From positions 248,001 to 312,000 of the forward strand of contig CAJFCJ010000022.1 in the NCBI GenBank assembly GCA_904063045.1: a stretch of DNA of 64,000 nucleotides, read 5' to 3'. This stretch comes from Dimorphilus gyrociliatus (lineage: Eukaryota > Animalia > Annelida). A program made the position numbers and the translations under genes. This document shows, piece after piece, positions 1 through 12,271 of this stretch (its first letter is position 1; each line of letters opens with the position of its first letter). Below the pieces are notes generated by a model, which saw only the letters and a list, made by a program, of their open reading frames with translations, was not told where the DNA came from and ran no database searches.

Positions 1-153
1 ATTTCATGATATAGAATTATATAAAGGCTGTAGTTAGTTAGGTGTAAAACCTTTTTGTATAAAGGAAAAAAAAGTTGTAGCATAATTGTTCACATCTATT
101 AGATAGAATTCTTTATTAATTTGCTATTATTTAGATATAAAAGAGCAAACATT

Positions 154-1518
154 TTATCTTACCACAGGGTCTACAGCATTTGATCTATGCTTTGAACAAC
201 ATCGATACATTGCACAAAAGGAACAAGAGCTCCTTAACGACTTTGAAAAATGTTCAATAGTTATACAATATATTATAAAATTGCTGCTGGATGACGTCAT
301 TTCAAGTATATTTGCTAAAAGTCTGAACACGATATACTGCAGTTGATAAATACTGCATTTACCAAATATGGATTTGTATACACCGTATTGACTAATACAA
401 TCTGGAAAATGCCCGATTAAGAATACTACCGAGACACTAATTAACATAACGCTCACTTTGTACTGAATATTTGTATGGTCTGAAGTATGATTAAGATTTT
501 TTATAGACTTTTTAACTTTTGAAACAGAATTTACTAATAGCATATTAAAAATGAACACAAGAATTAAAGGTATAAACTTTGCGAGCGTTACACGAATCCA
601 AGAGTAAATAACGAAATCATTAGATGCTCCAAATGCAGTATTTAACATCCTGTATCTTGGTCCGCTAATTTTCTTACGAAAGAAATACGGTATGTTGATG
701 ATAATCGACAGCAAAACTATTAAAACTGGAAAAAGAAAAAATCATTTATAACAGTTATTATTGTTATTATAAATAATATTTTTTATCTGCAAATGAAAGA
801 AAGATACATTTTACAGTACAGTATTGAAAGACTAGTTATGTAAGAGTTTTTTGTTTTTCTCTACTCTACTTACAGCATATTTTCCTCGCTATTCTTTTCT
901 CATCGTACTTTTTAATCATTAATAAACCTTTTCGTATTTGTACGTATCTCTCCAAAGTTACAGCTGCAGTTGTCCATACTGTGCACGTTGCTGCTATATT
1001 TCCCAAAGGTATATAAATATAAACCTCGTAAATTCTTTTCAGTAGTATATTACTATTCTTTGTTGTTCCGCATCTGAAAATATTCGAAAATTGGGCCCAT
1101 TCATTTAAAACAAATAGAATAGGGGACAAGATCTTAACTTTTAAAACCCTCCTACATACCCGAGGCATCTAGATAAGCCTATAGGGAGGACGATTATTAA
1201 TAAAGATAAATCGGTCAAAGCTATAGAAGTGAGATAAGTATAAATTGGCCATTTAAATGCTTTTTGACAGAATATAAAAATGTTTAGAAGGTTTAGAACT
1301 ATTCCAATTGAGCAAATAGTTGGTACGACGTATATATATCCAATGAGTTCAGCACTTTTTGCCACTTCGTTGGAATATACTGCAAAAACAAAATTGAAAA
1401 TAATAAGAATACAAATATGCTTCCATAAATTTTGAAATGATATGTTCTATATCTAACATTCTATTACATCCTTAGAACATTCGCCAAAGCTTATGTTTAA
1501 TTCCATTGAATTTGCCAT
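154..1518 (-). CDS. Class A peptide GPCR, FMRFamide-receptor/sex-peptide-receptor-like family (copy A, ~350 aa)
   Basis: Model complement(join(154..725,874..1073,1160..1379,1458..1518)); GT-AG introns, phases add up to 1053 nt. TM1 GIVLN, TM2 YLTSIALTDL, TM3 VWTTAAVTLERY, TM7 SSSSNFIIYC, N-terminal sequon NIS. The first exon (donor GTTAGA) is the least certain. Confidence 0.88.
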
Positions 1519-1991
1519 TATGAATGACTATAAAGTTTGACATAGTTTTTGTATTTTATGATTTTGGACGAATATCTTATTGGATGCAGTAAGTGTTTAT
1601 CAAATAGATAAGAAAAAGCGTTTCCCGCTCATTTATCACCATAAAATACATTTGGTATGATTATTTTATTCATAGGCTTAAAAATTTTCCTTTATTTCTA
1701 GCTAAGGTATTAATGAGAAGAATGCTACTAGCATTGCTCTTACTAACTTTCCAATAAATCGTTAGAAATATAATTTCTTCCCCTATTCCGTTACAATATA
1801 GTATATTTTGTTTTTTATTTCTGTTTAAGAATTCACACAGTATAAACACACACGTATATATACAGAAATTCAAATATATATATATATAGATATATATATA
1901 TGTATATAGATATCATATTAATGGTTTTATCAATTCTGAAACAATATTCAAAGCAAATTTTAATAGAATCTAGTTTTTAAACTTGAATTAA

Positions 1992-3438
1992 TTAAAGTTT
2001 ATTGCTCTTTATCACCGATATTTGAATGCCAACTTTCTTCTTCTTTCGCATTGAACATAACAGTCTTAAGGATCTTACGAACTGTTCAATCGATAAACAA
2101 TAAATTAAAAAGTTGCAGCTAGAAGAAACCAATTCCAAGAGGTTACTTATAAGTCTGAAGATGAAATAGGCTCGTTTAAAAATACTACATTGTCCAAATA
2201 ACGATTTATAAACTCCATTTTGAACAAAACAATCGGGTATGTGAGAAATTAGGAATGCTATGGAAACCCCAAAGAGCATAATACTAATCTTATACTGTAC
2301 ATTTGCCGAGTCAGTTGTATGTTCAATTTCAGAACGAGCTTTGTATAGAGCTACTACAAGTAGAACATTAACCAAAATCACAGCTATAACTGGTATGAAT
2401 TTGGCAAGAGCAACTCTGATCCATGAAAATATTGTAAAACCTTTAGATTGTCCAAATGAAGTATAAGTTAATGTAGCGTCAACTTTATTAAGTTTCTTAT
2501 CAAAGAACAGAGGCAGGTGTATTATAATTGAAGTGGTAACGATTAAGACTAAAGAAAATTGAATAGATATAATATATATTTGATATATGCAGAACCTATA
2601 TACTGTATATACTGTATATGTATATCTTTATATATATATTAGTATATACATATATAGATATATGTTGTTATCGATAGATTACCGCTTATTAATCTCGCTC
2701 TAAATGCACTATTTGAGTTCTTTGCCAAGACTCCTTTTCTAATATAAATATAACGTTCAATCGTGACAGCAGCAGTTATCCAGACGCTTGAAGTTCCAGC
2801 CATATTTGAAAAAGGAATAAACATGTACGTTTCGTATATTTTCTTTCCAAGTATATTAATATCAGCTTTCAACTTGCAGCTGTTGAGGAACGTGGTAAAG
2901 TACTATTGAAATTAGCGTAATGGTCCTACAAATTTTAACTTAATAATTAAAAACTTAATAACATACCTTGAGCATCTGGCGAATCCGATAGGAAGAACAG
3001 TAATTAGAAGGACCAAATCGGCGGCAGCCATTGTTGTAAGATATGTATAGCTTGGAGATTGAAAGCCTCTTTGAAAGAAGATAATTAAATTAAGAATGTT
3101 GAAAGAAATACCAATTGCGCAAACAATTGGCACTAGGATGACGTAACCGATATCCTCGGAATTCAATACAACTTGATCTTGCGAAACTGTATTTTAACAC
3201 GTTTATTATAGAAAGAAAGAAAAAAAGACAGAATGAATGAATGAAGAAGATTGAAGAATTAAAGGAATTTTATAAATTACTAATAAAAGCTAAAATCTAC
3301 AATTCTTAAGATTCTTCAAATTAGTATTATAACTTTAAATGTACCTTGTTTTCTTTCCTTCCAGCAGTTTGTGTTATAGCTGGAGTTGTTATTAAAAAGT
3401 AATATTTGTAAGCCTAAAGAAAGCATATCCTCAGGCAT
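1992..3438 (-). CDS. Class A peptide GPCR, FMRFamide-receptor/SPR-like family (copy B, ~355 aa), tandem paralog of copy A
   Basis: Model complement(join(1992..2548,2683..2879,2967..3186,3345..3438)), 1068 nt; same three intron positions and phases (1,2,1) as copy A. YLTTMAAADL, VWITAAVTIERY, SSSCNFLIYC, sequon NNSS. The start codon could instead be further upstream (frame open to 3528). Confidence 0.88.
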
Positions 3439-4910
3439 AGCTGCTATTAAGAGAAATCTGTCCTGATAAAACTTTTTTAATGAACGCTTACACCTGCTTA
3501 TCATATAGATAATGATTGTTTTCTTCAATACAATTTATCAAACAGAGTGGACAAATGTAACTTGAGATTGAATTGTTTACGCCCGTTTATCATTCCTTCA
3601 ACAAGCACCTTTCCTCTTATAAATATGCTTTTACTTGGAGAAATAGTTTTCCTCTTATCAGAAAAATAGCAAAAACAAAAAATATCATATTTTTCTTGTT
3701 TATTTTGTTTAGCTGATGGAAATATTTGCTGAAAATAGATATAATTATTTTCCATTCCCTATCAGTTCTATATATAGTATGTATAAAGAGAAGGAGAAGG
3801 AAAAAAAATACGGGTGGGAGAAGGGGGGACAGAGAGATAGATAGAATGAGATGGATAGAAAGATATAGGCGTAAAGCAAAGAGAGAGAGAGAGAAACATA
3901 GTTGAGGAGATTGGGTAAGGGGTAATTAGATAGTTGTATTTGTAATGATTTAATTATGATCTTCAGATCTTGAAGATAAACAAAAAATATTTCTGAAACA
4001 AAAATATCGGGCGTGGTAAGAATTAAGTACATTACGCAGAGTGAGGGAGGGAGGGGGAGCAGAAAAGCTTTCTATATTATATATTGTATCACGTGCTCTC
4101 GTTGAAATTAGTCAATAGATTAGGGTTATATTGCAAATACCATTTGTACGCTAATATTCGGAAAGGACTAACTTAATAAATGATGTATAAAATAAATAAT
4201 ATTCATATTTTCTTTATAAAATTATTCAAGACCTCATTAGACTAATCCTTCTTTGTTGTTTAGTTCAAGTTGTTGTATTTATTTTATATTAAGTAAAATC
4301 ATTATCTGTTCTCATAAGTGAAAGAGCATTAATTTTGTTTAGCAAGTTTATTTTCGTTGAATAGAGATGAAGTGTAAAAAAACACACATAAAAGAAATAT
4401 ATTATTAGGAAAATTATCTAAAACATGCGATATTCATTGAGCTTTTAAGTTGAGTAGCAAGTATAACTTTCTAATATGAATACACTGTCATACTAAACCC
4501 TGTTAGCTTTTATGTTTTGCAAAGGTTTTGAAAGAAAAGAAGCCTTCTTATATTTCTTACCCGAAATGAAAAGATTTTTGTTATACACTTGTAGTCAAAA
4601 CTTATAATTTATGGACAAATGTAAGTTAATATTTTAATTCAACTTCAATAAAGCTTTCATTATGTATTGTTTTATTTTAAATTAAAACAATATATTTAAT
4701 GTACACAATGGTGTACAATGCATAGTTTATAGTGTATACGTATTATTATAACAGTCTATACGCTATATTAATTTGTACATCATTCATATACGCTATGTAG
4801 TATCCAACAGCTAGAAGAACACTCCTCCCTCTTTGTTATTTAAATTCTTTATTCATTCTCTTTTTTTTTGACTAAGAGGTTTCTTCTCTTACTACGCATC
4901 CAGGAAGTTG

Positions 4911-5344
4911 TCAATTGTTGTATAATTGTTCAATTTCCTCTTTTCTCTCTAAAGGGAAGAGGAGTGGTCGCATTCCATTGTCAATCTAAAACGGTTTCAT
5001 TCTACTGAATTATTTAAATATTTAAAGTATTTAAGTTATTGTCTATCTAACTCAAGAAGAAATTATCGTTATAAATAAACACCTAAATATTAAAGTATGT
5101 AGTAGAATTTAAATTAGAGAAAAGTCACCAAATGCCATCTAACCTGAGTCGGCTCACATGGAGTTAAATATAAGGCGGCTTTAGTTGTATTGTATTGTAT
5201 GATATAATACTATACATTTCGCGACATATATACTTGTTCCTTTCATAACAATACCCAATTAGGTAAGTCGTCTAGAGGAAATTCTAATTTCCTTATCGGT
5301 TCTGGTCGGTTAGCTTCTAAAGAGTTTTCAAAAACACCTGTCAT
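4911..5344 (-). CDS. Candidate unannotated small spliced gene or 3' part of one (unknown product)
   Basis: Exons 5344(or acceptor 5337)..5255, 5209..5144 and 4985..4911 join in frame through GT-AG introns of 45 and 158 nt: MTGVFENSLEANRPEPIRKLEFPLDDLPNW-YYIIQYNTTKAALYLTPCEPTQ-IDNGMRPLLFPLERKEEIEQLYNN*. No family recognised. Confidence 0.4.
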
Positions 5345-6386
5345 TCGCAACTACCTGCATTGCTTTTTGAAAATAGAGCTCAAGTTTAGTGTAACTTTCT
5401 AGGAATTACATGAAATACATTATTTAAAGTTGAGACTACAGGGTTAGCATTCTTAATAGAAGAACTATTAAATTAATCTACTCGTGTTTAGATAAAGTAC
5501 ACACGACAATGGAATGAGTTTTGCAAAATGTTTTGTATAAGTCGTCTTTACAAATTTAATTAACACTACAAGAGGTTTGGCAATATGGATAATTTCTCTT
5601 AAATTATCAATTGTCCACGTGTACAAAATAAGTATAGACAGACAACCGGTTGCTAAGAAGATCATATTTTCAAGGGCAAATAAAAGTTAACTCTTTCGAT
5701 TAACTTTAAAAGAGAAGAAATGTCCTATTTAACATTTTGGACTATGTCTAATTGATGACCTTTCCTATGACGCTATTGTTCAATATTCATTCAAATAATT
5801 ATGACAAAAGAAAAAATAAGATGGTAACTTTAATTAATAATTGAATGAATATGAAATTTCTATTTTAATATGTAATTGTTGATATTAAAATACAATAGAT
5901 AATTCACGCAAGATATACATAAAGGATTTATAAATATCTACTTAATTAAAATTTCACTCTTATGAAAATTAACATGAAATTTCGAGGAATTGAATTCTAT
6001 TAATAAGCTCTAGAGTTAATTCTGTCTGGTGTTTTTTTCATTCTTCTTCTCAGGCTTTCCGAATAAACGCTATAACACAATCATTTAACATTCTTCGTCT
6101 CCTTTGTTTACTGATTTCACGATAGATGTCAGCACTAGTCGATATTTTTCGTGTACGTTATCCCTATTAGATTTATTTTTGTAGACCGCATAAAAATATC
6201 GTTAATTTATTAAATTAATGCATAAAAACTTTCAAATTGATAATTCACATTTTTGCAATCGGTGCTAAAGAAGATAACCTTTCGGAGAAAAGTTTTATTA
6301 ATTAATTGATTGGAATTATAAGCCACTAAATTTTTATCGACAACAAATCTAACGCTTTCTTTACTAAATAGCTCAATTATCGCCCA

Positions 6387-6392
6387 CACGTG
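6387..6392 (+). promoter_or_regulatory. Canonical E-box CACGTG just upstream of the WDR89 start codon
   Basis: CACGTG at 6387..6392, 12 nt before ATG 6405, in a locally CpG-richer patch. Function is inferred only. Confidence 0.3.
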
Positions 6393-6404
6393 TTTACGCT
6401 GGAG

Positions 6405-8251
6405 ATGGATACTATCTCGAAATTAAAGAATTTGTCTTTATCTAGTAAGGTTTCTGTTTCTTTGGAAGTTCCAGATGAAGATTATGTTCTACATATAGAC
6501 TCTCAACCAGTGTTAGTTTTGACTTTGTCAATATTAGCCACTGATAACCGATATAATCTACCTTTCTAGTAAAGAGTATGGGGCGAGCGCCAAAGTAGCC
6601 GCAAGTAGTTCCAATAAGACGGTCTGCGTTTATAGAAGAAATGATTTAATCTTACAAAAATCGTACGGAAACTTCGATAAAGTCATAGTCGATGTAAAGT
6701 TTATAAAAAACGATTGGAATTTATTATACGCAGCCTCAAAAGATGGAAGGATAAGGTAAATAGCTTTAAATATCTTAAATAAGTTATTGACAAAGACAGA
6801 AACAAATAAAAGAAGAAAGAAAGAATTCAAATATACAGTATATACTGTATACATATTTTCTATATATAATATTAGAAAATGTTTTTCAGAGGATTCGATC
6901 TGAGATGCAAGGAAGATGCAGTCGTTTCTTTTGACAGTACTTATCTTAAGGAAAACGTGTAATTCCAATATCTAACAGTCTATTCTTGATTAGGTGATGA
7001 AATAAATCAGCTCATCACTTGTTTTGACATTGACTGCTCTGGTAGGCTTATTTGCGCTGGAACTGATAAATTGAATGATCCTGATGAAGAGGATACAGTC
7101 CACTTGATATTTTGGTATACTGAAAAGAACAAAGTCATTTGTCTAAATTAATTTTGTCTACTTTGTTAGGGACGCGAGAAAACCGCAAATTTTGGGAGCC
7201 TATTCCGATGGTCATGACGACGACATTACGCAAGTAAAATTTCATCCGGAAAATAAAGATATTCTAGCTTCCGGTTCGACGGACGGCCTTGTCAATATAT
7301 TTAACGTTTCCGAAGCAAGTGAAGATGACGCTCTACAAATGACTTTAAATACCGAATCTTCCGTTGTAAGTTTTTCCACCAATTCAGTATATTTGAACAT
7401 TATTAATAACTTGTTAATTATAGGCCGAGATTGATTGGACAGGGGATAAATCTGATCGTCTGTATTGTCTTACGCACACTGAATCATTATTGGTATGGGA
7501 AAGTAATGAGGTAATGAAATTTATTATCTAAAATAAATTGCTAATAAAAACTAAATAATTACATCTATATATACTCTATATAATACATATATAGAAAACC
7601 ATTCATTTATTCACGTGATTTATCTTTCATAGTGGGATTGTATAAGAAAAATTCAAGATATTAGAGAAGAAACAAAAGTAAGTAGTATTCATTGTTAATA
7701 ATTACTATAACTATTTTCCTTTAAAGAAATATTCAATCAACTATGCAATAACTTTAGTGCAAGTTGACGGTCATCAAACATTGGTCGCTGGTACAGACAG
7801 GTAAAAAATTCAATTTTTTACGACCCATTTCATAACCTAAACACAAATTTATTATAGAGGCAATTTTCATTTATTTTCATTGGATGACGATAAACTAGAT
7901 CACTTAACTGGATTAGAATTAGGCCATTCCGATATAGTCCGATGCGCAAAATATGATTCTGAAGTATTTATTGACATTTTCTATTCCATTCAAATAAATT
8001 TGATCTATTTTTTAGGACCAAAGTCTCTTAACAGGAGGTGAAGATTCTTTATTGTGCCTTTGGGATCATTCTGTTAAGTCTGCGACAGAAACGACAAGAT
8101 CAAAGAAACTAAGGGTGATGTATTAATTATATACAGATTGCGTAATGGATCTTTGTCTAATTGATTATTTTGCGTTTTTTTTCTTTAACTTGAATAGAAA
8201 TCAACATCTGTAAAAACTAGACCATATTCTGGAAGACCGAGTAAAAGATGA
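6405..8251 (+). CDS. WDR89: WD repeat-containing protein 89 (373 aa, 11 exons)
   Basis: join(6405..6511,6570..6755,6890..6936,6994..7114,7170..7365,7424..7510,7633..7677,7727..7800,7858..7963,8016..8114,8198..8251); all GT-AG, 1122 nt. Motifs YVLHID, ICAGTDK, FWDAR, GAYSDGHDDDITQVKFHP, SGSTDGLVNIF, YCLTH, GHSDIVR and SLLTGGEDSLLCLW match WDR89 as I recall it. Confidence 0.92.
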
Positions 8252-9423
8252 AGACAGGATGAAGAGAGAAAGAGTCGTTATTTCTTTGTTAAGATACTTT
8301 CTTTTTACTATTATTTTGTTTTTGATAAAATTATAATATTCAACAAGCAGAAGAAAGGAAAACTTATCTTTCATTATAAATTGAATACAACTTCGCGATT
8401 TGTCTAGGTTGCTTGAGCAGCATCTTGATCATTGATTGATATTTTTTATTATTAAAGATTCGAACTTTGATTAATGAGGGAATTTTAAAAAAGAGATTAG
8501 AAATACGTACGTGATCGAAATGAAGAGGAGGCGTCTTTCATTAATAAGACGCTACTTAATTATTTTTAATTTGGTGATAGGCATGGAGCTTCGCATCCTA
8601 ACTCTAAGGCGTAAGTAATGGGGTAATTGGGCTAGGAAAAATCTTTGAATAAATAAAACGTTTCAGTGAATTTAATATTATCAGCTAATTAATCAATTTG
8701 CAAATAAACTAATTAAATAACAACTAAAATAATCAGGAATGCCTCTGGAACTTTCTCTTTGAGATGTAAAATATTTTAGCGCAACCAACCGCCTTAAATA
8801 ACTTTTAAAATTATCTATGTAACTTATTTGACTATGAATATACATATATACATATATATGAATTTATATATAGGCTATATACATACTGCATATGTATATA
8901 AATAAAAGAAGACACCTAAAAAGAGAGTATCCCTTAAAGATCATGACCGATTTGGCTTTACTTCAAAGAAACTTTACTAAAAAGTATGTTAAAACGACCG
9001 GCCGTAGCGAGATGTAAATTGATTATATTCAAGTAAATAATAGGCCAAATAGAGTAGCCGAATAATCAACTTAAGAGAAGAAATGAGTATCTTTTATAGG
9101 AGAAAAAGATAAATAATTTATACAGTATATACTTATATAAACAATAATTTAAATATTTCTATTGCTTTTGTTTTGAGGAATTTCTGAAGATGAAAAGTTG
9201 AAATGTTTTAATCAACGATTTTTGAACAGGCTTTTTCATATTTGTTAAAAAAAAAAGAAACTTTTGAAAGAGAGAGAAAAAACGAGAAAAAAGTAGTAAA
9301 ATCAATAATATGCCCATATGTCTACGTATACGCTATATGTAAGAGTAGAGTGATGTTCTGAAAAATCGATAAAAGGCCCCATACTGCATCATTTTAAGGG
9401 CTAGACTCACTGCAGCAAGAATT

Positions 9424-10743
9424 ATGTCACTATCAGCATTATTGAAATGTCCTATATGTTTGGACTCATTCGATAAACCTCTAACTCTACCGTGTTTACA
9501 CTCCTTTTGTGAAAATTGCCTTGGAAACGTTGTAACTCATAAATCAGTATTTAATTGTCCTTCTTGCAGGGAACCTATCCAGACACCAAAAAACGGATTG
9601 AACGGCTTTAAAAAAGACTTTCGATTACAGTTTTTATTGGATTTTGGAAGTTTTTGCGCTAATTGCTCTTCTAAACCTACTCTAGTTTGTCAAGACTGCA
9701 CTGTTGAATTGTGTTCAAATTGCTCTACTCAGCATTCAAAAATACCTGCTTTTTCTAATCACGTCGTTTATAAAAGAGTTGAATGCTTAAAGCATAAATT
9801 AGATAAAAAATTTTATTGTAGCGACTGTTCTTCCCTACTTTGTACTTGTTGCGTATTCAATCAACATTCGGAGCACAAAATATCTCCAATCTCTTCTCTG
9901 AATATGTCTTTAGAATCGAAGCTCAAATCATTTGTTGGTGTGAAAGAAGCATTAAATTTCTCAGCTAAATTGGAGAGTCCCGAAGAGAGGTTGAAAATTC
10001 TAAAGGACGCTCTACAAAATTTATATCTACACGACGAAATTGGTAACTTTAATGCAGCGAACGTTGTTGATATATGCGCGAACCAGCAAGACTTTTTCTG
10101 TGTTGCTTTTCCAGATCGATTAGAAATTAGACGCTATATAAAGTTAGACGACATCCAACAAGTAATTAAACTGCCAGAAGTAAGGGCAATTTGCTGTCTT
10201 GATTCGAATGAGATTGCGGTTGCTCATCGTCACTTTTTGTCAATTTACAATATCTTTGGTCGCTACAAACGTCATTTGGCCTGTGTGCTACCCGACGTCA
10301 ATTTAAAATTGGATACTGACGGTAATTTGATTGTTTTAAGCCGATACGAATGTTTTAAAATAAACCTTAGCACGACTGAGCGTATAAAATATGGTTCTTA
10401 TAGTAAATTGGCCTGTGTGACGTCATCTGGCCTGTTGGTAGTGGCCAAGCATTATCAGATAAATGTATATAAAGATAATGTATTTGAACGGGTACTGAAT
10501 GTTAGAGCGGATGGTTTATGCTCGGACGATCGAGGCAGACTTTTAATATCTGACAAGAGGAATAACTCAATTTCTTTATATACCATTTTTGGAGAAAAGA
10601 TTACGACCATTCTTAACCTCAACAGGCCCAAAAAGATTGGACTTTCACCGGATGGTTACCTAGTAACTGTTCAAAAAGGCAACATAAGAATCTTTAAAAT
10701 TAAGCTGAAAATAAAAGACCCAAGCAGTAAAAGTGTCCCTTAG
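9424..10743 (+). CDS. TRIM-like E3 ligase: C3HC4 RING, two B-boxes, short helical linker, NHL-like beta-propeller (439 aa, intronless CDS)
   Basis: RING CPIC..LPCLHSFC..C..CPSC; B-box1 CANC..CQDC..LCSNCSTQH..NH; B-box2 CLKH..FYCSDCSSLLCTCC..QHSEH. C-terminal repeats DGLCSDDRGRLLISD and NRPKKIGLSPDGYLVTV. Possible 5' UTR acceptor CACTGCAG just before the ATG. Confidence 0.9.
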   Translation: MSLSALLKCPICLDSFDKPLTLPCLHSFCENCLGNVVTHKSVFNCPSCREPIQTPKNGLNGFKKDFRLQFLLDFGSFCANCSSKPTLVCQDCTVELCSNCSTQHSKIPAFSNHVVYKRVECLKHKLDKKFYCSDCSSLLCTCCVFNQHSEHKISPISSLNMSLESKLKSFVGVKEALNFSAKLESPEERLKILKDALQNLYLHDEIGNFNAANVVDICANQQDFFCVAFPDRLEIRRYIKLDDIQQVIKLPEVRAICCLDSNEIAVAHRHFLSIYNIFGRYKRHLACVLPDVNLKLDTDGNLIVLSRYECFKINLSTTERIKYGSYSKLACVTSSGLLVVAKHYQINVYKDNVFERVLNVRADGLCSDDRGRLLISDKRNNSISLYTIFGEKITTILNLNRPKKIGLSPDGYLVTVQKGNIRIFKIKLKIKDPSSKSVP

Positions 10744-12271
10744 CTAGAGAAGATGAGTAGTAGTTTTACGAAGCAGAAGAGGATGAAACTATGGAATTTG
10801 AGAAGAGGAGAAAGTCTAGAGAAGAGTGGTGAAGAAGTAGCAAAATCGGACGATAGCATTAAGAAGCTTGTTTCTCTCTGGTTGAAAGCATTTCATACTG
10901 TTTCAATTTTTGTACTATTGTGTCATATTCTCCATTATATCTGCACATTCGATTCCAGAAGTTTGTACAAATTGTTTGTATTGTTAAGCTTACATGACGT
11001 CATTATTTATTTGTATAAGAATTTATCAAGAAGTCTTACGTACTATCCCCCAACCCTGTTATTTTATATTTTCAACTTGACAAAGAAGGTGTTAAGGTTG
11101 TCCTAACTATCTCTATATTTATTTTCTATATAAACGTATAAAAAATAACTAAACTATGTGGAATAAATTTGCTATGGGCCTTAAATAAATGCATCTGGAC
11201 AGGATTTTCATTGGAAATTACAGATGTAGAAAGTGTTGGACAAAGAATAGAAGAATAATTTCCGCTACCATCAACTACTATTACTCTTCTTTTTTGACAA
11301 GTCTGTCGTATAATTGAAAGGGGGATATTTAGTGGTAAAATGACTGCATCGCGACATAAATACTACGTAATTCTGTATTGGCAAGAAATACTTATTACTC
11401 TCATTAACTACTATTGAAGTTACACAAGTGCTTCGAATACGTTACTTATTATATAATTTATAGTTAAATTTACTAATTAAAGCTATTTCTTCTGATTAGC
11501 CCATATCAATCAATCTAATGAACAGTATATACAGATATTAATTTCTTTTTCAGTTCTCATATGAAACATTATTACTCTAATCAATATTGATTTTTAACAT
11601 AGGCTTTATTTTTATTACTTTTATACATTTCATATAAAAATATCTGTTGAAAATGAAACAATAGAATTGCGATAAGAGAATTTATTAGTAATCTTTTCCC
11701 TGTCCATCGCCTCTAACTGGCTCTCTCAAAAGATGTCACTATCATGAACAGGGCGTATGCATGTACAATCATATGTAAAGAATCAGGAATTATATAATAG
11801 TGGGTTTAAGGCTAATGATTTTATGTATGAGGTAAATTATGCAATAGTACTTGATGATAATTCACCAGCTACTGCAAATTTATCTTTCTTAAGGGTTCTG
11901 GATCATTATTAGTAAATAATTAAATGGAATAATATAATGCATATTTACGTAAAAAAATAACTTGTAGTAAGTGAACTAGAAGAGCATTGTCGACTTTTTC
12001 CTTCTAGCCCCAAGTGAAAATCCATTAGTTTTGAATTATTCTCCTATGTTGTGGGGTCGATATTAAAGGTCGTTTTAAGTATTTCGTTTAAGGCCTATGA
12101 AAAAAAATGAGCAATTTTATTGTCTTTCTATGAAAAAGCCAAAACTTTATTCATTGTTTACTTGGAAAAATTACATAGGTTTATAATCTCAATGTTTGCA
12201 GTTTTAGATAAGAGTAGACAACTTGCTACTGCTGTTCTGGATAGTTAAAGTTATTTATTGTCCTTCGATAC

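Noticed and set aside
5500-5680. Faint Tc1-like peptide (HYKRFG..CPR) on the plus strand
   Set aside because: Interrupted by stops, no DDE region and no TIRs; no support for a transposon.
10753-11106. 117-aa plus-strand ORF starting 10 nt after the TRIM stop
   Set aside because: No recognisable motifs, and it sits in the expected TRIM 3' UTR; kept only within the low-score unresolved-region finding.
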